Part shown: one piece after another, positions 27,169 through 32,485 of the stretch
Layout: each line of letters starts with the position of its first letter
How positions within the stretch are numbered: the first letter of the stretch is position 1
DNA from: an uncultured Bacilli bacterium
GTDB lineage: Bacteria; Bacillota_I; Bacilli_A; RF39; UBA660
Length of the DNA: 32,485 nt
Assembly: GCA_947589165.1 (NCBI GenBank)
Contig: CANQCH010000003.1
Location: 1 to 32,485, forward strand
Direction: 5' to 3'
Notes under the pieces: model-generated
Told to the model about the DNA's origin: nothing
Database searches by the model: none
What the model saw: the letters and a program-made list of their open reading frames with translations, nothing else
Made by a program: the position numbers and the translations under genes

Positions 27169-29346
27169 TTATACCTCATAAATATGGTGAATTTTTTCTT
27201 GCAAACTAGTTTTCCGATTATTCGCAAAATTATTCCGAACCGCCATGGCAAAAGCTTGAGATTCGCCAATAATCGTTAAAGTTTTTTTAGCACGGGAAAC
27301 GGCCGTATAAACCAATTTATTATAAAGCATTTTATAATAATTATGACAAACGGGGAAAATAACGTGATCAAATTCACTCCCTTGACTTTTATGAATCGTA
27401 ATGGCATAAGCATGTTTGATTTGTTTTAAATCATGTTTTTCGTAAGTTACCACATTACCATCAAAATTAATAGTTACTTTGGAACCTAAGATGCGCATAA
27501 TATAACCAATATCACCATTAAAAACATTATGATCTAAATCATTAACTAATTGTAAAACTTTATCATTTTCCCGGTAGACTACATCGCCAAAAATAAGTTC
27601 TAACTTTTTCGGATCATGGGGATTATAGATATCTTGTAACAGGCGATTTAAATTATCAATACCATTTTCACCCTTATACATCGGCACTAAAACTTGCATA
27701 TTTTTTTCATCAATGCCCTTTTCTCTAGAATAATTAATTATTTGTTCCAACGTATTTTTAATTTGGTTGGCTTCGACCGCAAAAAAAGCGTAATCATCTT
27801 TTTTATTTAAAAATTCTTCACTTAAATCGACATTTTTAATTTCTTTCGCTAAATAAGGAATATAGGAATTACTACTTTGCCGATAAATAATATTTAGAGG
27901 TGCATAATTAAATAAATCCGTACTAATTAAATCATTTAAAACCAAGCCGGGTCCTACACTCGGTAGTTGGAAGATATCCCCGACTAAAATTAATTTAATC
28001 GGCCAATTTATCCCCCTTAATAAAGCATCAAATAATTTAACATCAATCATCGATACTTCATCAACAATAATTAATTCTTGAGTGGTTTTATTATCTTCAT
28101 TATAGAAGAAATTATTCCGATCTTTATTCCATTTTAAATAACGATGGATTGTATAAGCCGGTAAATGCGTAGCCATGGCCATCTTTTTACTAGCCCGACC
28201 AGTTGGGGCCAAAAGGGCAATTCTTTCCATAATATCGACGGGCGATAGTTTATATTCGGCAATGTAAAGTTGCACGATCGCATTAATTATGGTGGTTTTC
28301 CCGGTGCCTGGGCCGCCTGAGATAATTGTAATATTATTTTCTAAGGCACTAATAATTGCTTTTTGTTGATCCGCATTATAAGTCATATTACTTTTGGCCG
28401 CTAATTTTTCTAACTTGGTTGCTAAATTAGGAATCTTTTTCGCCGGCATTTGATCAATCATCCGTAAATTTCTGGCAATGTTAGTTTCGGCTTCATAATA
28501 AGCAGCTAAATAATAACGTTTTTCCTCTTGATAGATGCGTTTTTCTTTTATTAAATCACTTAACTTTAAAGTTAAATCTTCTTCGCTAAGAAAAATTTGA
28601 AACTCCCGTTGTAAAACCAGATTAATTTCATCTAAATAGGAAAAAGTATCACCTAATTGATTAGCTAAAATTTCCATACTTTCTAAAATACAAGCTTTTT
28701 GACGAATTACCGTTTCGCCATAATTTTGTAAATAAATTTGATCAATTTTGGCAAAATCAATTATTTCTTTTAAATCATAAAAATCATCGTTTAAAATACC
28801 TTCAATGTTATCTTTAAACCGATTATATATTTTGGCACATTCCTCAATCGAAAACCCAAAATTTTGAAAAGTTAAAATAACATCACTACTTTTGGCAAAA
28901 TTAACGAGTGATTCATGTATTTTGGTGGCTTTAGTTAAAGTTATACCCGGGACCTTTAAAAGTACTTCCTTTTCTTCTTTAATTTGATCAATTGCCCCTT
29001 CGCCTAAAACTTCCACGATATTTTTGGCCGTTTTTTCGCCGCAAGATTGGACAAAATTACTCGCTAAAAATTCAATCATCGCTTCTTTCGTCGTAGGTTT
29101 AGCAATTTCAAAACGGGTAAATTTATATTGTTTACCAAATTTTTCATTTTGAACCATTTCCCCATATAAAAGCATCGTTAAATCGATTTTAACTTCGGTT
29201 AAATTGCCTGTCACGGTAATGGTTTTATTTACATATTCTTGTAAGGCTTCGTCATCAGTTTCTTTTACCCGAAATAAAGCCACGACATAACCATTATCTT
29301 CATTATAATAGATAGTTTTCCGTAATTTTCCTTTAATGTAACTCAT
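27169..29346 (-). CDS. recD2: ATP-dependent RecD-like DNA helicase
   Basis: GGPGTGKT, LAPTGRAS, IVDEVSM, GD..QLPSVGPG, HKSQGSE, YTAVSRAK; long N-terminal extension. Confidence 0.95.
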   Translation of the reverse strand: MSYIKGKLRKTIYYNEDNGYVVALFRVKETDDEALQEYVNKTITVTGNLTEVKIDLTMLLYGEMVQNEKFGKQYKFTRFEIAKPTTKEAMIEFLASNFVQSCGEKTAKNIVEVLGEGAIDQIKEEKEVLLKVPGITLTKATKIHESLVNFAKSSDVILTFQNFGFSIEECAKIYNRFKDNIEGILNDDFYDLKEIIDFAKIDQIYLQNYGETVIRQKACILESMEILANQLGDTFSYLDEINLVLQREFQIFLSEEDLTLKLSDLIKEKRIYQEEKRYYLAAYYEAETNIARNLRMIDQMPAKKIPNLATKLEKLAAKSNMTYNADQQKAIISALENNITIISGGPGTGKTTIINAIVQLYIAEYKLSPVDIMERIALLAPTGRASKKMAMATHLPAYTIHRYLKWNKDRNNFFYNEDNKTTQELIIVDEVSMIDVKLFDALLRGINWPIKLILVGDIFQLPSVGPGLVLNDLISTDLFNYAPLNIIYRQSSNSYIPYLAKEIKNVDLSEEFLNKKDDYAFFAVEANQIKNTLEQIINYSREKGIDEKNMQVLVPMYKGENGIDNLNRLLQDIYNPHDPKKLELIFGDVVYRENDKVLQLVNDLDHNVFNGDIGYIMRILGSKVTINFDGNVVTYEKHDLKQIKHAYAITIHKSQGSEFDHVIFPVCHNYYKMLYNKLVYTAVSRAKKTLTIIGESQAFAMAVRNNFANNRKTSLQEKIHHIYEV

Positions 29347-30572
29347 AATGTCCTTTGATATATTTGACCAACGGTTAATTCTTCCGCAAGGTCAACTTCT
29401 AAATAATTACTGGTATGACCATAACTATGCCCATTGCTAACTTTTTCGACTAAAACATCAACTTCCCGGCCTTTAAATTTGGCATAGTATGCTGCCTCTA
29501 ATTCATGCGATAACGCCATTAGGGCTTTTACTCTTTCCTTTTTAATAACATCTGGTACAATATCCGGATCCTTCGCCGCCACGGTTCCTTCTCTTGCCGA
29601 AAACGGAAAAACATGAATTTTGGCAAAGGCTAAATCCTTGGCTAAAGCTAAAGTTTCTTGAAAATCCGCTTCGGTTTCCCCCGGATAACCGACAATAATA
29701 TCAGTCGATAAAGCAATGTCGGGCCGAATTGCTCTAATTTCCGCGACTTTTTGCTTAAATTCCGCCACATCATATTTCCGATTCATCTTTTTTAAAATAT
29801 GATTACTTCCCGCTTGTAAAGGAATATGTAAATGGTCTACTAACTTAGGACAATTTTTTAAAACTTTCATAAAATTAGCATTTAATTCAGTAATTTCAAT
29901 ACTCGATAAACGAATTCTTTTCAACTCAGGAATTTCACTTAACGCCCAAATTAAATCCGCTAAATCGTGATCATTACTTTGATAATGCCCCGTATGAATT
30001 CCGGTTAAAATAATTTCTTGATGTTTTTGTGCTATACTTTGAGCTTCCGTTAAAACTAAAGCAAAATCTTTACTTCTAACTGTACCTCGGACATAAGGAA
30101 TAATACAATAAGAGCAAAAATTATCACAACCATCTTCAATTTTTATAAAGGCGCGCGCCCGATCATAGTCTTCTAAAACCATATTTTCAAAAGGTAAATC
30201 TCGTTTAAATAAAACATCTTGAATAGGTACATGATTCTTTTGAAATTGGGTAATATATTCCCCTAAATGCGATTTATTTTTATTACCTAATAAAATATTA
30301 ATTCCTAAATCAGCATATTTTGCTAAATTATTTTGAACCGAACAACCGACAATGGCACTAACCTTCGTTGGATATTTTCTCAGTAACCGCCGAACTAATT
30401 TTAAACATTTTTGATCGGCCGTATTTGTTACGGTACAGGTATTAACAATAAAAATATCAGCTTCTTCAATATTTGGGGTATACGAAAAATTATGATGAAG
30501 CAATTGTTCCTTCATCATATTAGATTCATATTGATTAACTTTACAACCAAACGTATAAATCGTAAATTTCAT
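29343..30572 (-). CDS. mtaB: tRNA t6A37 methylthiotransferase MtaB
   Basis: TFGCKVNQYES, NTCTVT, radical SAM C..FCSYC, LTGIH.G.Y, HVFPFS.REGT. Confidence 0.93.
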   Translation of the reverse strand: MKFTIYTFGCKVNQYESNMMKEQLLHHNFSYTPNIEEADIFIVNTCTVTNTADQKCLKLVRRLLRKYPTKVSAIVGCSVQNNLAKYADLGINILLGNKNKSHLGEYITQFQKNHVPIQDVLFKRDLPFENMVLEDYDRARAFIKIEDGCDNFCSYCIIPYVRGTVRSKDFALVLTEAQSIAQKHQEIILTGIHTGHYQSNDHDLADLIWALSEIPELKRIRLSSIEITELNANFMKVLKNCPKLVDHLHIPLQAGSNHILKKMNRKYDVAEFKQKVAEIRAIRPDIALSTDIIVGYPGETEADFQETLALAKDLAFAKIHVFPFSAREGTVAAKDPDIVPDVIKKERVKALMALSHELEAAYYAKFKGREVDVLVEKVSNGHSYGHTSNYLEVDLAEELTVGQIYQRTL

Positions 30573-30590
30573 GTTGCCCCCATAAAAATA

Positions 30591-31088
30591 TTAATGTAAA
30601 CCTTTTTGTAATTCTTGCAAAGCTTTTAAAAAAGCTTCTTCTTTGGCATAACTTATGGCTCTTCCCCCATTACTAAGGGTTAATGGTTCCGCCTTTTCGG
30701 TCGTTAAATTATCTAAATCAAATTTTTTTACAGATAAATCATCATAAAATTCTTCATTTTCATAATTTATTTCATAATTAGTATCTTTTTTTAATAATTC
30801 ATCGTAACTTATGATCGCTTTTTCTTCTTGATCTTTTTCATAATCCGTAAAAGCAATATTTCGTGGTTCTTCCTTTTTTTCTAAATCTTTAGTTAATTCC
30901 TTAACAATTTTCATTTCTTGTGTTTCATCTAAACTTTTATCATTCTTTTTTAAAACATCGTCATTAATCTTGATAAAATAAAATAACGTTGTAATTAAAA
31001 CCATTAAAACTAAAACGGCTAAAAAAAATACATAGTCGACAAAAGTTAGCGATTTTAAAAATTCAATTACATCATTAATAAATTGCAT
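30591..31088 (-). CDS. Hypothetical single-pass membrane protein with acidic tail
   Basis: One TM helix then Asp/Glu-rich region; GGTGA RBS before ATG 31088. Confidence 0.75.
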   Translation of the reverse strand: MQFINDVIEFLKSLTFVDYVFFLAVLVLMVLITTLFYFIKINDDVLKKNDKSLDETQEMKIVKELTKDLEKKEEPRNIAFTDYEKDQEEKAIISYDELLKKDTNYEINYENEEFYDDLSVKKFDLDNLTTEKAEPLTLSNGGRAISYAKEEAFLKALQELQKGLH

Positions 31089-31198
31089 ATTTCTCACCAC
31101 AACCTTATTTTACCATTAACGTGTCAAATGATTAACACTAAAATCTTATGTTTACAATTAATAATGTAAATATAAAGTCTATTATAAGCGATCTAAGC

Positions 31199-32416
31199 TT
31201 AAATGTCTAATAAAATATAAGGATCTTCTTTAGTTCCCATCCCGGTAGCCGAAATATTTTTAATAATATTAATTACTGGTCTAACCCCAAGTAATTGTGT
31301 GCCCACTGTTTTGGTATTTAATGCCCCACTCGTATCTACCACATAAGGATAAAAATTGGTATTATTTTTCGTCGCCGCCGTCATGGTATAATAAGCGTTT
31401 TTAATATCAGCATTGTATAAATAATAATCTTTATTTTCGCTCGTACTGGCCCCGGCCATGATGGCTTCATCCGCGGTTAAAAGACCAATACTAGCCACTA
31501 CTTCTTGTCCCAGGCAAATATTATTCGGAATATAATCAATACTTAAGCGATTATAAGCCGCATAGTTCGTATTATCTTCCGCCATTAAAGTATCATTACA
31601 AAATTTAGAACTAGCAATTAAATCACTATAATTATTTAAAGTGATGTTCCACCAATCTTGTAAATTTTCTTTAATTAAAGAATTAGCATAAGTAAAATCT
31701 GTTCCATCATAATAACTAGAACTAGTATCAATAACGTTATCTAAAACTAGTTTAACGGAACCATCAGCATTAATTTTGACAATCCGCCAAACTTCATCCG
31801 CTAGGGAAACGTAATTATTTGTTACAGCCCCTCGGAAGTAATAAATTGTCCCGGCTTCTGTTTCGTCTTTAATTAACCCTTCATTTGTCGTCGCTACTTC
31901 TTTAAAGGTTGTGGCGGGCTTACTAGCCACATTACTATTATCAATAATAATTTCGCCAAAGGTTGAACTGGCCTTGGAACCCAACGCAACAATTAATTCT
32001 CCCGAATAGTTTTCTTTGCCTTTATTCGTAATTTTTAAAGTGTATTCTTGCGTCGTATGGGCCGGAATGGTTACTTGGTTTGCCACAATTGACGATAATA
32101 ATTTATTTTCAAGCGCTAAATCATTATTATTACCTTGCAAATTATAAGTCGCATTACTTGCATATATATTAGCTAACTTAACATAAAATATTTCTTCTTG
32201 CTCACCATTATTCGTGACGGAAAAATTTAAATCTTTATCTTTTCGGCTTTTAAAAGCATTGCCGTTAAGATAATTAATCGTTAAATTACCATCAACTACA
32301 ACTACTGATTTTGGAGCAAAATAATGCGTATAAAGATGATACGTCACCCCTAAAGCTAGACAAACACCAATCAAAACGACTATTAACATAAGAACGGATT
32401 TATATCGAAAACGCAC
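31199..32416 (-). CDS. Secreted/anchored DUF6273-like protein
   Basis: N-terminal hydrophobic helix; YYFRG...NNYV, WRIVKIN.DGSVKL, IGLLTADE, GVRPVINI, G.GT..DPY motifs. Confidence 0.72.
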   Translation of the reverse strand: MRFRYKSVLMLIVVLIGVCLALGVTYHLYTHYFAPKSVVVVDGNLTINYLNGNAFKSRKDKDLNFSVTNNGEQEEIFYVKLANIYASNATYNLQGNNNDLALENKLLSSIVANQVTIPAHTTQEYTLKITNKGKENYSGELIVALGSKASSTFGEIIIDNSNVASKPATTFKEVATTNEGLIKDETEAGTIYYFRGAVTNNYVSLADEVWRIVKINADGSVKLVLDNVIDTSSSYYDGTDFTYANSLIKENLQDWWNITLNNYSDLIASSKFCNDTLMAEDNTNYAAYNRLSIDYIPNNICLGQEVVASIGLLTADEAIMAGASTSENKDYYLYNADIKNAYYTMTAATKNNTNFYPYVVDTSGALNTKTVGTQLLGVRPVINIIKNISATGMGTKEDPYILLDI

Positions 32417-32444
32417 TTATCATCATCCCTTACATCTTAATTAA

Positions 32445-32473
32445 AGTATACAAAAATAGGCTTTTTTTGTCAA
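32445..32473 (-). promoter_or_regulatory. sigmaA promoter of the DUF6273-like gene
   Basis: TTGACA-17 bp-TATACT. Confidence 0.7.
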
Positions 32474-32485
32474 TTATCTTATCCT

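Noticed and set aside
1027-30599. Short antisense or nested ORFs in the track (1027, 1501, 4843, 5636, 5963, 9436, 12973, 14707, 15269, 17234, 18586, 19372, 22043, 25970, 30411)
   Set aside because: They lie largely within well-supported genes and show no recognisable motifs; treated as shadow frames.
31199-31420. DUF6273-like C-terminus (GVRPV) as a diversity-generating retroelement target
   Set aside because: No template repeat or reverse transcriptase seen in the window; a trans-acting DGR cannot be excluded without the genome.

Overview
A 32.5-kb AT-rich bacterial chromosomal segment, almost all genes on the minus strand, standard genetic code (TGA is a stop). Gene content and order point to a reduced-genome, walled Bacilli/Firmicute; the family mix suggests an uncultured RF39-like lineage (inference). 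Housekeeping backbone: murF, lon, tig, holA, comEC, comEA, ppdK, ruvA, obgE, rpmA-prp-rplU with an L21 leader, spoIVFB/spoIVFA, mreD, mreC, a SPOR/SpoIIB-like gene, recD2, mtaB. Accessory material: a ZIP transporter, a complete ~1.02-kb IS30-family element that duplicated a 25-bp palindromic terminator, a solo HNH endonuclease cassette bracketed by GCATG repeats just upstream of comEA, a pilin-like gene and a DUF285/BspA repeat surface protein flanking a ruvA that has no ruvB neighbour, a DUF6273-like surface protein and several unknown ORFs. Best second-look items: the terminator-targeting IS, the HNH cassette, a sigma-70 promoter at 2-30 whose spacer is nearly all poly-T (candidate phase-variation switch), and sporulation sigma-type promoters (sigmaE before spoIVF; sigmaG/F before an unannotated 53-aa ORF). 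No rRNA, tRNA or CRISPR array seen. All calls are by-eye motif recognition; no searches were run.
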